Below, in pieces: positions 37,937 to 50,284 of a stretch of DNA of 64,000 bases; positions within the stretch are counted from its first letter, which is position 1, and each line of letters opens with the position of its first letter. The position numbers and the translations under genes were made by a program. This stretch comes from Haliotis rubra. Its lineage: Eukaryota. The stretch lies in the NCBI RefSeq assembly GCF_003918875.1, contig NW_025767176.1, positions 310,001 to 374,000 of the forward strand, read 5' to 3'. Below the pieces are notes generated by a model. That model was not told the origin of the DNA, did no database searches, and was given only the letters and a program-made list of their open reading frames with translations.

Positions 37937-39205
37937 ACGTTTAAGTGAGTGAGCATTTGAGTAACGCAGCATCAGCAATTTTGCAGCTATTCGCGACGAC
38001 CTCACATATTCGCAGCCAAAGCCAGTGTGTTAACTGAGGAAGATATATGCCCAACCCATTCATCAGTAGTATCATAACATTTGGCTTGACATGTTCATTT
38101 GCCTTTCAGGATGGATTGGAAAAAATCTCCAACAAATTCGGTAAACAGCTTATGTACCACCAAATCCCTGTCTCAAAGATTAACCATGATCAATAATTTG
38201 ATTCAGGATGGACTTTCTTTATATTAACTGTAAGTATTTGAAACAAGGGAAATTAACACTATGTGGATTCTCCATCGAAACTGTACCATAATTATGTTCC
38301 TTACAGTTTTTAGTTGATCATGAACATCTGCATGATGGGTGCCACCTATAGGGCAGGATACGCTCAGCATTTCGCGAACACCTGGTATCATCGCTATATG
38401 ATTGTGCTTCATAGCACATACTCGTGGTATAGTCGAAACCGTACAATCGTGGTTGTGTAATGGGAGGACAAGATGGAACTCACAGGAGAGCCTCAATAAT
38501 GAAGGCTTAGAAAGTCCTTTTATTGAGACAAATGGAGAACACTTTCGAAATTTGATGCATCAGTGTTAAAAATGATGGTCGAGGACATTCCTTATTTGAC
38601 TTGTTCTATGTGTTTTTCTGAACAATTGACCTTCCTTTGCGAGTGTTTGTGATGCTGACCACCGATTGGGTAGCATACGTACTTCTTTTCCCAAACACCC
38701 GGTGTCGTCACTATGTCTTTTTGATTCATAAACACATATTCATTATATATTCGGGCTCGCGTAATGGTCTTTCCTTTCTGAATGACTATGAAGTAATGAC
38801 TGCAGTGACGAAAACGTAAACGTATTTTGTCCCATCTGTTACAGAGAATCTAAACAATTTGTTCATGGGATTTAAATATAAGTAAAAAGCCATTTAAGTT
38901 TGATAGAAAATTATCGACACATTTTCACAGACATGAGTGTGTTTTAAAAGTGATCCAAACAATTCCGTCAAAAGAATATAAAAGTGAAAGTAGCTTGAAT
39001 TGATAACAGTCTGGGGACCAATAATGCGTTTAAATATCCAAACAGATATTATTTGAGGAGATATCCAATCACTTTGAACACAGAAACGAAAACCAGTTGC
39101 ATTGAATTCAATTACCAAAATAATACAGCTCCCCAAGTAAACAATCAAACGCTAAGCCACCGCGTGTAGGACATAGATGATAGAGTGATATACTAAATCT
39201 CTTAC

Positions 39206-39327
39206 TTGTTTCCAGCCGTGTAAAGCAGCGTCGTTGATGATAGCCTACAACACCCTGATGCGACAACGACTGTGAGAAGGACCCCGGTAGTCTGTATTTA
39301 CTCTCTACCTGAGTTATAAATTATTTA
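39206..39327 (-). promoter_or_regulatory. Candidate core promoter and non-coding first exon of gene 2
   Basis: TAAATAATTTATAA at 39327-39314, ACAGAC at ~39295, donor ACAA|gtaaga at 39205. Confidence 0.35.
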
Positions 39328-39527
39328 CTGATGTGGGCGGTCACTTCCTCATACCTGCGTGGAAACATACGCCTGGCAGGAACCGCATAATCCCTCCTAC
39401 TCTGGTATTGATCCAAGGGTGACAATGGTAATGGCACACGCTCTTCCAATGGGAACAATTGGCTTCACATGATGAAACAACACCGTTAAGAGTCACCGGA
39501 CTATAACTCATCCCGGTTCGCGTTGAA

Positions 39528-39824
39528 TTACGTTAGCGCTGACGACATCCTCTTCCCCTTTTTCCAAGAATGACCAACCGGTGGTTGAGGTTCACATGAT
39601 AGAACACTATAAGAGTCACCGGACTTTAACCACCCATCCGGGTTCGCGTTAGATTCTGTTAGCTCTGATGACATTCTCTTCCCATTTGTCAAAGAACGAC
39701 CAACCGTTGGTTGACGTTTTCGAGAAATGTCGCGTCTCGAATTACAATGGGTCATGCACAACAATGAATAATGAAACATGATGCATTTACTTAAGAACAG
39801 GTTTGCTTTTGCTAATTTGTACAT
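39528..39824 (-). pseudogene. Orphan neuropeptide-precursor-like ORF/exon (98 aa), possibly pseudogenised
   Basis: Acceptor ttttctttcatttag| 15 nt before AAAC-ATG. Moderately hydrophobic N-terminus, then RKR-QPTVGRSLTN-GKR and a 126-bp duplicate QPPVGHSWKK-GKR. The second repeat unit contains in-frame stops. Confidence 0.4.
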
Positions 39825-41122
39825 GTTTTGTTGGCAAGTCTAAATGAAAGAAAATATTTTACTACTCGATTTTAAACATTTAACGGATTCTTCTTGAAAT
39901 AACCCATATCAGCTCAGTTTACGCAGATGCGTATAAACGTGTACGTGGGTAAATGTGCGTGTACATGATTATATTTTTAGAAAGTGATAACTTATTTCTT
40001 CACATTACCATGAGTCAGAAGGCTGAAGACATCAGAAGGACATATTGCCAATAATTCATTTGCGTCAGTGGCAACAAACATATTTGATAGTAGGATCTAA
40101 AAGTACCTGAGTACTAGCTTTCCCACACATCTACACTGAAATTGGAAACCTGTATTCGGATGAGACTATATCTTCAATCTTTATACCGGTACTCAAAAGG
40201 CCTCAGGCCTATAGTACACCATGTACATTTACTTTATACAGGTTCAAGGAACAATTCGCTTTCTATGTACAAATGTGTAGAAAATATACCTGTCCATGTA
40301 TGAGACTATAAATGGGTATAGTTCGTATTTCAAATTAAACTATCTGAACCGCGGTTGTTACTGGTAGAGTAATCGAATGTTTAATGTACATTTTATGTTA
40401 ACACCTGCGTTCATCAATGATTTTCAATGATTCATTCATACACATTCAAACATTGTCGGTTACGTCATTTGACATATCATTGAAACTTATTAATCTTTGG
40501 CGTTGATGTTTTGAATGTGAATGCATCATACATCCACATAATTTGTACATAAATAGGGCCCGTGAACACGAAGGTGTGTCATATCGCCTTAGGCAAATGA
40601 CATTATTTAAATCATGGCTCTGTTCACTCAGCATTGAAGAGGTACCCGGTAGGATGGGATGGTTACCTCTGAACCTACAAATGATATATTGGCAGCTTGG
40701 GATGTATACTCCGCAGGATGTCGAGAGCACATTAATCCAATCACCGGTGTAATGATTGTGTTGTGTTTTACATAGTATTAGTATTATAATATAATTAATT
40801 CTCCTCTTCTTCTTCTTCTTCTTCTTCTGCTTCCTGTTCTGTCATAACACATCATTGCACATCGTACTGACAAGCGACCCGCAATGTTTGTCAAATATCT
40901 CTAACGTATATAACAGCATTTTGTGCAAGACTTAGCCAGACATCTGATGCTACAGTATCTGTTGAAAAGTTCTGGTGTTTCTTTCCGTGAAGTTTCATTA
41001 AAATGTATGTGCCCGAAAGAACATTAAGACATATAGTCGTCACACCTGAACCTGTTTTGCTGAGCATGAATGGGAGTTTTCCTGTTGCAAAATCGAAAAC
41101 GAAGAGTTCACTTTGACATTCT

Positions 41123-41480
41123 GAGGTGAGGTGAGGTGAAATTGGGTTTACGTCGTGCTTGAGAATGTTTCGCTCATATGACGACGTGCATGCGTGTGTA
41201 TGTGTATGTGCGGCTGCTTGTACTAGCCCAGACTTAAGCTGTTTTTATAGTGCTAGCCCACTGAGATACCATGCCGCAGTGAAGCATGAATACCCCACTC
41301 AGACACATTATACTGACTCCGAGCCGACCAGTCCTTGTTGTACCCATTAATGCTGAGCGCCAGGCAGGGACCAACAAGTACCACATTTTAACGTCTTTTG
41401 GTATGACGCGGTCGGGGATCGAACCCGCGACCTTCCACTCTCCGGGCGGACGTTCTAACCACTACACCACAGAGGCGGTC
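41123..41480 (-). mobile_element. tRNA-derived SINE family C
   Basis: Near-identical to 37587-37936; TSD TTGACATTCT. Confidence 0.9.
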
Positions 41481-41689
41481 ATTGACATTCTTATGTGTAA
41501 GGATAACCGATCGTTATCATCCTTTAAGGGCATCTCTTCTTTACTTCGAAAACATGATGACAATGATTCTAATGCATATTTACAGATGATAACATCACTG
41601 GCACCCTATCATTCAAGCCAGGGAATAGGAAGTTCCTTAATCCGGCAACTACATACATATTCCTAACTTGCGTGGTAATGATGATAATG

Positions 41690-41734
<45 letters not shown>

Positions 41735-41881
41735 GTGAGTGAGTAAGTTTGGTTTTAAGCCGCTTTTAGCAATATTCCAGCAATATCACGGCGGGGGACA
41801 CCAGAAATGGGCTTCACGCATTGTACCCATGTGGGGAATCGAACCCGGATCGTCAGCGTGACGAGCGAACGCTTTAACTAC

Positions 41882-42226
41882 ACCCCTGCAAGATGTCTAA
41901 GATCCCAGAATAAGCACTTACTTACAGTCCCTAAAGTCAGACTTGTCTCTTGTGGTCACAGGACCTTTGCCTACACTGCAGCATTGCTTTGGAATTCACT
42001 GCCAGCTGACGTCAAATGTGCCGAATCACTGAACTCTTTCAAGTCCCTTCTAAAAACCCATTACTTCTCCATAGCTTTCTGTTAGATTTTGTCTTCCTTT
42101 TTAACTCCAACTATTTGTAATCTCCTGTATACATTGTACATAGATTTAGCCTTTTATAGCACCTTGAGCGAGCATTGAATGCACGGATACAGGCGCAGTT
42201 ATAAATACCTACTATCGTTATTATTA
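41882..42226 (+). mobile_element. L2/CR1-group LINE 3' fragment
   Basis: LRS....LxVP......GxRxF...A..LWNSLP..VK...SL..FK..LKTH.F C-terminus, followed by a 3' UTR and (TAT)n tail. Confidence 0.85.
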
Positions 42227-43664
42227 TGTTTTACAGATTAAGATGAAAATGCAGCAGAGAGGGTTCGGGTGATCCTGGCACAGTCAGGCTGGTAAGGCTC
42301 ATCATCAGCTCAGGGCCCTCGCCCCCTCTACACGCAGCCCAGACAGCGAATGGGACTTCTCCCAGGAAACACTGCCTAGTCGAACCCACCAAGAACTTTC
42401 CGGAGAATATGAAGGCTCCTCAACACTGCAGCCTTCTGCATTACCCAGAGTGTCAGAAGGGCTGTACTCCCGGTGGAAAACCCGGGCACTCTCCTGATCT
42501 GCGCCAAGAGATCAGGAGGTACCAAACCAAGGGCACCGAGAACAATGGGGAGCCTGACAACAGTGTACTTGAGATGCAAGGGAGACATTTCAAAGGCGAG
42601 GTCCGCATATTTATCATGCTTTTCCTGAATCTTGTCAATCACATTGCTGTCAAAAGGGACAGAAAATTCAATGGTATAAATAAATTCATTGGCTTTATCA
42701 AAAAGGACAAGATCAGGTTTGTTGGCAGGAATTCTTCTGAGGCTGTATATGGGCCTGTTCCACAGAAGTTTGAAAGCATCATTTTCCATGACGCCCTGGA
42801 CATGTTCAGGTTCGTACCATGGATGGACCTCGGAGTCAAAGCCACAGGCATGGCGTAGACGGTAGTAAAAGCAACGAGCCATGCCATCATATCTCTTAAG
42901 ATATGCTGTTTGTGCCAAGGAAGGGCATCCACTGACAAGGTGTTGGACAGTCTCTGTAAATTCATTACACAGTCGACATTTCATATTGATATTTTCTTTA
43001 AGAATCACATTTTGGCGATTACGAGTGGGAAGTGACTGGTCCTGAGCAGCAAAAAAGGAAGCCCTCAGTTTCACATTTGAGACCAGCCGATTTTATCCAG
43101 GCGAAGGAGTCGGTGGGGTTGCTATTCTGTTCCACACACTGCATGTACACACGAAAAGACCGACTCTGGGCAGACTTGGAGAAGGACTTCACCTGGTTTA
43201 CTCCCATCGCTATACCGTCCAGCAGTACATCGCCATCAGCAAAATCAACCTCAACTATCAGATTCTTTCCAACAACCTTGGCACGCTTAAAATAGCTGTG
43301 GAATTCCTTGCTTTCATCATGAGTCCTGACATGCATCACCAGAGGATCATCCGATAAATAAATATGTGCAAAAGTACACAAAAGAATTCTATCATGAAGA
43401 GCCTCCACATTAATCAAACCCCGACCTCCAGAATTGATTGGCATATATAAACGGTTGAGAGAGGAAAGAGGGTGGTGGGCTCTGTTATCAGACATGATCA
43501 GGCGGTCAAGACTCTGAATGTCTTGTTTTGTCCAATCAACTACTCCAAAGGAATAGGAGAGGACTGTAAGTATTGGTGGCCTTGACCTTGTTTCGAGTAC
43601 ATGTATTGTGCTCTGAGCTCCAGATTTTCTTTAAGCGAGATTTGTACTCGGCCCGAAGTTTTCG
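42227..43664 (-). mobile_element. R4/Dong-like non-LTR element (RLE type), 5'-truncated and frameshifted
   Basis: YSFGVVDWT...HHP.S...RLY.P...GGRGL thumb region, CRLC...HLVSGC knuckle, NKPDLV..D....IE restriction-like endonuclease; flanked by (TAA)n. Confidence 0.88.
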
Positions 43665-43720
43665 TATTATTATTATTATATATTTAACTACTAGGCTACC
43701 CCACCGTCCCTTGATGATGG

Positions 43721-43752
<32 letters not shown>

Positions 43753-44910
43753 TTGATGATGCTATTGATGTTGATATGATGGTGTCTATTGGTTATATTT
43801 CAAGATACAATGTTTCTTTCTGATTGAAACATAATCTCCTTTTTGGCATTATGAAAATCGTTTTATAACTTACCACGAGTTACTCGTACAAACCGAAAAA
43901 TAAAAACATCTGTTCACGGCTTGCAGCCTGTTTTTTAAGTGCATTGAATGATTCATATTGATATTAGCAAAACCTCTCTGCAGTTGTTTACCACATATTA
44001 CGTTTTGAAGAGACTTCCCGATTGTTATCATTTAACCACTGGTTTGTTTAACTCGATTTGGGAGCTGTTGCCAGAACATTGTGAGTACTTGTAAATTAAA
44101 GCCACAGTGCGTTGGGCCCTGGGGACCATGAAAGCTGGACAGCTTCAGAGCCAGATAGAGCCTACAGTTTTATGTTTGACATTTCATCGATATGGTTTTG
44201 ATGGAACCATTTATCAAGGAGCAAACACTGCTAGCAGACAGCAGATTGGTAAAACTGACAAGAACATAAAAGGGGAGCTAGGTCGTGATTTATCATACTC
44301 TCGCCTCACATTTGACGTGGAGACGGGCGGGTTATTTACTTTCAGCGCATCCAATTTGTTTGCGTGTGTTTTTCATATATATGTCGTGACAATATGGTGC
44401 CACAAAGGGAATGTGAAATGAATTAATAAATACAACCGTTCAAGTCTTGCTTGTAAACCCGTATTTTGAAGATGAAGGAGTGCCGGTATGACTGTGACGC
44501 ATATTTTAGAAGATGAATTAATAAATAAAATCTACATGCACGGTTTTAGTAAATACCAAGAAAGAGTATTTTACGACTAAATGCGAAGCGTAAATGGTCA
44601 CTCATACATTGATATAATGTATCACGATATCTGAATGTATGAGAAAAAGCCAGATATTGTGGTTTTATTTTCCTTTTAGACACAGAAGGTGTTTTCTTTC
44701 AAGCCTAAACACAATGCATGACGCGTTTTATGGATAACAACTTCTTTTTTTAGCAAAAAGAAGATGTTATCCATATAACGTGTTAGGTATTCATGTTCAT
44801 CCAACTTCTAAATGCCTTCCAACAACTTCAGGACAAAGCTGCTTGAGAGTTCGGTCCTGGTCTGTGTTGAGTTGGCAACATTGATATCACAGCCATTCCA
44901 CACATATATA

Positions 44911-46362
44911 TGCTACCCATCAAAAGTTTAGACTCACTAGTGTAAATGTAGCCACTTACTTCAGTCACCTGATCTAAACTAGATTTTGCAAAATATTCCA
45001 TACTGTTTAAAGGTACTGTTTACACATGAACTGATGCATTGTAAAACAAATTCGTAACGTTGAAAAGATTATTGTCATGAATTTAAAAAAATGATAGAAA
45101 CTCAGTGAAAATCGGGGAATTCTTAACAGAACTTTACACCAAACCGCAGCTGTTCACTTGCATGATATTTACATATGCTTTTCAGCAATTTGATGCATGA
45201 TCCTCGGGCAATTATATATTCATATATAATATATATTATATATCACATGGATAAATAAAAACAGAATGCCTTTTTCTCCAACATGTTTCGTTCTTTCTGG
45301 GAGATTGTAGCAGTTACAGTATGACGTCATTACATATATATTGTGACGTCACAATAGGGACAACATTCTAGAGCGACAAGGTCACAGCTTGCAATGGTTT
45401 AGCATTGGTTTGAACTTGTCTGTGAAGTAGTGTTCTTTTAAAATTCGTTTTACTTAGTCCGAATGTTGAACTTGATAAAAAGGAAATATTGTAAATTTAA
45501 TAATGTTTCCTTTCGCACAGACATCTAGATGTTCACTCAGTGGGATACGTCGGGTTTCAGGACACTTTATTTGTTGTTTGTGGACACGAACCCGAGCTCT
45601 TAAATTTTCTTATTGACCATTATACTGTTCATTACAGCCTGTGCATGTTATGACATATATTATGTTTTTGGAAGAGCAGTCAAAATTCTGTTTTACATAG
45701 AATTCTCCGTGTCTCGTGAAAGTTACAGAGTGTCCTTCAACAATATGTCGACACGTTCCACAGTTACCTCTGTTGCATCTGGCCACAGGAGGATTTGATA
45801 AATTCTGTTTCTTTAAAATATATTTGGCGTTTGTTAGTATCTTTCTAAGATTCTGATTTTGTCTTTTGCTATTTATTATTTTTCTAGATTTCAGCATTGA
45901 TTTCAGTTTTTCATCTTGTTCAAAGATGCACATATTTGTTTTTATGTTCTGGAACACATTTGGGTTTAACGGATTATAAGTAGATACAAAAGCAATTACG
46001 TTATGCTCATTGGTTAGTTTCATGGTTCCTGTCAAAAGATCTTCTCTATTAAGCTGTAACCGTCTTCATTTATTCCGTCTTCAACAAGCGATTTTGGATA
46101 TTCCCGTAATATTCCAAACATCACGGCGGGGACAAACATTCTAAGTTCATTGAGTCTTTGATTGCGGGTGTCCTGGTTTGAAACCACTGTACATATTCTT
46201 CGTGCCAGGTTATATGGAAGACTTCTTTTAGTGTGGCTCGGATGACAAGATTTGATGTTTAAATATTGTTTCGTATCTGTAGGTTTGTAGATTTGCATAT
46301 ATATATATATGCATAACATATAGTGAGTGCTTTAAGTGAGTCTAAACTTTTGATGGGTAGTA
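44911..46362. mobile_element. MITE (same family as 10753-11179, inverted) carrying a Penelope insertion
   Basis: TIRs at both ends and internal homology to the first copy. Confidence 0.85.
45250..46295 (-). mobile_element. Penelope-like retroelement fragment (RT thumb + GIY-YIG)
   Basis: YKPTDTKQYL...SCHP.HTKRSLPYNLARRI and C.S.NIIY.I.C..C...Y.GQ motifs, with frameshifts and stops. Confidence 0.88.
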
Positions 46363-49300
46363 TATGTCCCCCATGGATCAGATACATCGAACTGCCTAAC
46401 AACTGTTGAAGCTATATGGTTGACAATATTTCTTCGGATTGGTCGATATTTCGGGAAAAGACTGAAAAGTAAAGGGTACGATCATCATATAGACATGTAT
46501 TATTTAATGTACTGTCGAACCACGACGCCGACCTCATTCTCGAGGGACCGCATAAATGGTTCGACCTATGCACAGATCGACAAGTTCAACTCCACTGTAT
46601 TATCGTCGTGAATTGGCGAACGGCCAACAGAAAAAATAATTTCCATTAGTAGTATTAACTTAATGGTCCTGCGTAGCGGTAAATATATTTTGAGTGTGCT
46701 GTGAGTTTGTCATAACCGCGAATTCAACACATCCAGTTTAATCGTGAAATGCACTTGGATACCTTTCCTTACTGATTGAACTCATGTTTCTTGCTACACG
46801 AAAGCGTCTATTCTCCCGAGGAAAGAACAATATCTCTAAGTCTATCATGGTGACGTCATTCTCATGGATAATGATCAGCTAACTAATAGCTCTAATAACA
46901 ACTCAATGTCAACTCCATATCCTCCATATTTTAATATTAATGAACTCAGATCGCGATTTCTTTACCTTGAAAGGAAATTCTCTGTCACAAAAGAAGGCAT
47001 ATGCATTTCCATAGATGATCAATCCCATCTCTGATAATCAGTGATTCCAAATTTTATATATTGGCTGTAAGAGCATCTAATGGGGGCACTGGTTTACCGG
47101 CACGTGCTCTTTTGGTCTCAGATTATGTCATCGTGAATGATTTCTTGTTTTCAGAATTACATAACTTGGTCAACGTCATCGGCTCAGACAAATACATCGT
47201 CACTGATGCCGGCAATATGAACAACAAGTCTAAACAGATTCAATTCGACATTAAGACAAACGATTCTATAAATAGAGCTCTGAAATGAGCAGTGACACCA
47301 GGTGTTCACGGAAAAGGGTAATCATGTTTTTTGCCCACCACTGGGACTCACCGCTAACACAATTAACAAGTAAGTGTTTGTTGCCTGAAGCTGCACAACA
47401 CTCCTGCCAAACAACTCTGAACCAGACAATCATGTGATGGGCCGGACAGTCCAGTGACTCGATAACGTGTTCCCTGATTTAGGTAATGTTACCGATATCC
47501 TAATTTTGAATTGCTGTTGGTATGTACAACAGCAGAGATTATGCTGCTTATAAGTATAGAGAATACTTTAAGAAATTTGTTCGTTTTGAAACACAGTGGA
47601 GCTGTTTCAAAGTCCGGTCCTATACATGACCTTTCTTGTTGACTCAGCATTATTGATAATTGCTACTAAGATGAGATGCTCGGACTTCTGTTCGTCATCA
47701 GAAATGATCAAAAACAGGTAAATGTATCCATCTACAAACATACATGTATATGTCAGGTAAGAACGTACTTCACACGACAGCTAAAGTAAGTAGAGATATC
47801 AATATGGATCTTCAAGGGAATCCGACACCTGGAGGAGATGATGATATTCAAGGATTAGAATAAAATATCAGAAGAAGTCCATTAAGCGAAATGTGTTTTT
47901 GTGACATTTCGCAAGTCACGTAACATGTTGAAGGCAAAGTAAATGAGTCATCGAAGACTACAGTCTTCGTGATAGAACATTAACATGAAACATATGTTTT
48001 GCAGATTGTCATATGACACCACTGTTTGAATAAATATTGTTGAAAATAGCCCGAAAATCGTGAAGTGCATAGCGATGTTAACAAACTTCGTGTCGAACTC
48101 GCTATTCAAAGTGTATCCAAAACCTGATCTGAAATCACATAAATTAGTCGTTGGCAAATGTTGGTTGCCAACTTGTTGAATTTGTGAAGGAGGCATTGGG
48201 AAATAAATTTAGAGGTCAATTCAAAGTTGCGCCAACGTTGTACCACCTTTGCCCCGATGTTACGCAAACACGTTATTGCCCTGACTGTTGGATCAATAAT
48301 GAAATCATCAGGTCAGGACATGAATATCGATCTGTCGAACACAATATATTTATTGTACCTTTGGAATCTGTTAGCGTGAGGTAAAACCTTCGCGATTGAT
48401 ATTTTCAGTAGTGTAGTTCCCTTTTTATCAAAGATAATACTTTACATGGTTGCGTCCCTTACACGAACAGGATACAGGGGTCACAACTTGAATGCCAGAA
48501 CAGATCTGATGCTTTTCATTGGTTTGTCATGAAGTGGCTTTCATGAAACGGTAAACCGTACGATCTGAATCACCTTCCTCTATCACTGAAGTGTCACTGT
48601 GGTATTATCATCACTGTGGTATTAATGAAATACTGTTCAAAGCAGTGTCCCGACCTTGCACCCAGTATCAGGATGGCATTTACGAAATGAATTTCACATT
48701 GTGGTTGTTTTGACTTGTACGGTTTAAACCGTTCATACCCAAGTTAACCACCACACTATTACGTTCATTTCTTATAAACTCGTATTTTGAAGTTTAAGGG
48801 GTGCCAAGTTAACTGTGACGCACATTTTAGACGATTTACTTTAGAATGCAGTGACCTGGTAGCGGGTATATTCTTCACACGCAAAACAAAGTAGTTCCAT
48901 TTCAATAAACGCTCATTCTGTATCAGCGAGAGTAAATTTGATGAATGTAACATCAGAAATGAAATAAAGTCAACCGAAGTTAGCTGTTTGAATATTTTGG
49001 AATTTATTAGCATTAAAGAAATATAGAAGACACTTTGCGCATGAATACATGTCTGTAAACAACATTCGAAATGGAAACTTCGAGAAGTGACCCGCCGCTC
49101 ATCAACCACAAACCTATTGTCGGATTAATTGGGGTTGGATTTTGTACGATGAATGTTAAATTACGGTTGTTGAAAATGCCTCCTGATACTATCCCTCCTG
49201 TTGTGCCTGCGTGTTTTGATGTGAACGGAACCGATCCTCACGATCGTGGTAAGCGGGGAGGACAATACAGAATTGTTCCAGTCTGTAATTCCCCATGAAA

Positions 49301-49624
49301 AGTAGTTCCGGTTAATAATCCTGTAAATATCAAAAGGTGACGTGTGTAATTTGTAAAGTTTGCTGAAAAATAAACAGCTCATGAGATCAGCAAATGAACC
49401 AATTAAATCACCGAAAATTAAACTTCAGAATAAAATTTTGTAAGTAGATAGAAATGTAGTGATCGTGTCATGAAGTTCATTGTTGACGGCCAGTGTGAAA
49501 TGTCCAATGCGTGGCCTACTCCTTAAAGCCAAAGGGCCGGTTCGATTCCCCAACGTGTTGTATGTGTCTGTAGTTCTAAATTCTTGTTAAGGGGTGTGTG
49601 TTTTATCTGTTTGTTTGTTGTCAC

Positions 49625-49809
49625 AGCTAAAATGGCTGCGGTCTGTAGATAATCGAGTCTAAACCAGACAAGTGATCAACAGCATAAGCATCGATCTACG
49701 CAATTGGCATACGACAAACTGTGTCAACGAAGTCAGCGAGCCTGACCACTCGATCTCTTACGACAAATATGGGTTGCCGAAGACTTTTTCTAACCTGGGT
49801 CTTCACGGT
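49625..49809 (-). mobile_element. SINE-like family B, diverged
   Basis: Homology to family B. Confidence 0.75.
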
Positions 49810-50284
49810 TGAGGGTTGATGTGGGCTTATTTATCACTTATCACTTATGACATCTCCTATCTATCTTCTGAAAATAAAATATAAATAAATGGCAAGAGGG
49901 GTATCCTCAGGGGCAAACTAAAGCGACAATGATCACTTTAATAAAACAGAGTATAAGGTAATTTTCTTCTATTGGAACGTTTAACAAGTTCGTTTCAAAA
50001 GGAGCCATAACGTGTTTTAGAACATTAAAAAAGACCTAAACGATGATGAACCATTATCCTGTCGTGATGGATTGTTACAGTCTGATGTAAACTGCACGAT
50101 GTATCATTATCATTGCGATCATTAGATAATTTGAGGAGTTTCTTTTCATGTGGTATAACTCCACTGGGAATGTTGGCAATGTCAACATGACATTCGAAAT
50201 CTGGGTGTTAATGACATGCGTAGGTGTGTTTGTTTGGTGGAAGCATTGGAACGTTTGTGTTCGTATTGAATGGTAAGTTAAGGT

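Larger units (their letters stand above)
41733..43710 (-). mobile_element. SINE family A split by nested LINE insertions (parts 41733-41881 and 43683-43710)
   Basis: The two halves rejoin across a 9-bp TSD TTTAACTAC. (GAT)n lies on both outer sides. Confidence 0.85.

Noticed and set aside
41286-41666. Recurrent similar ORFs (MNTPLRHIILTPS..., MLMLLITGLSGPD..., MGFTHCTHVG...)
   Set aside because: They are translations of SINE families C, B and A, not a protein family.
49071-49298. Plus-strand ORF containing RGKR
   Set aside because: No signal peptide and no similarity to the cluster peptides; a single GKR can arise by chance.
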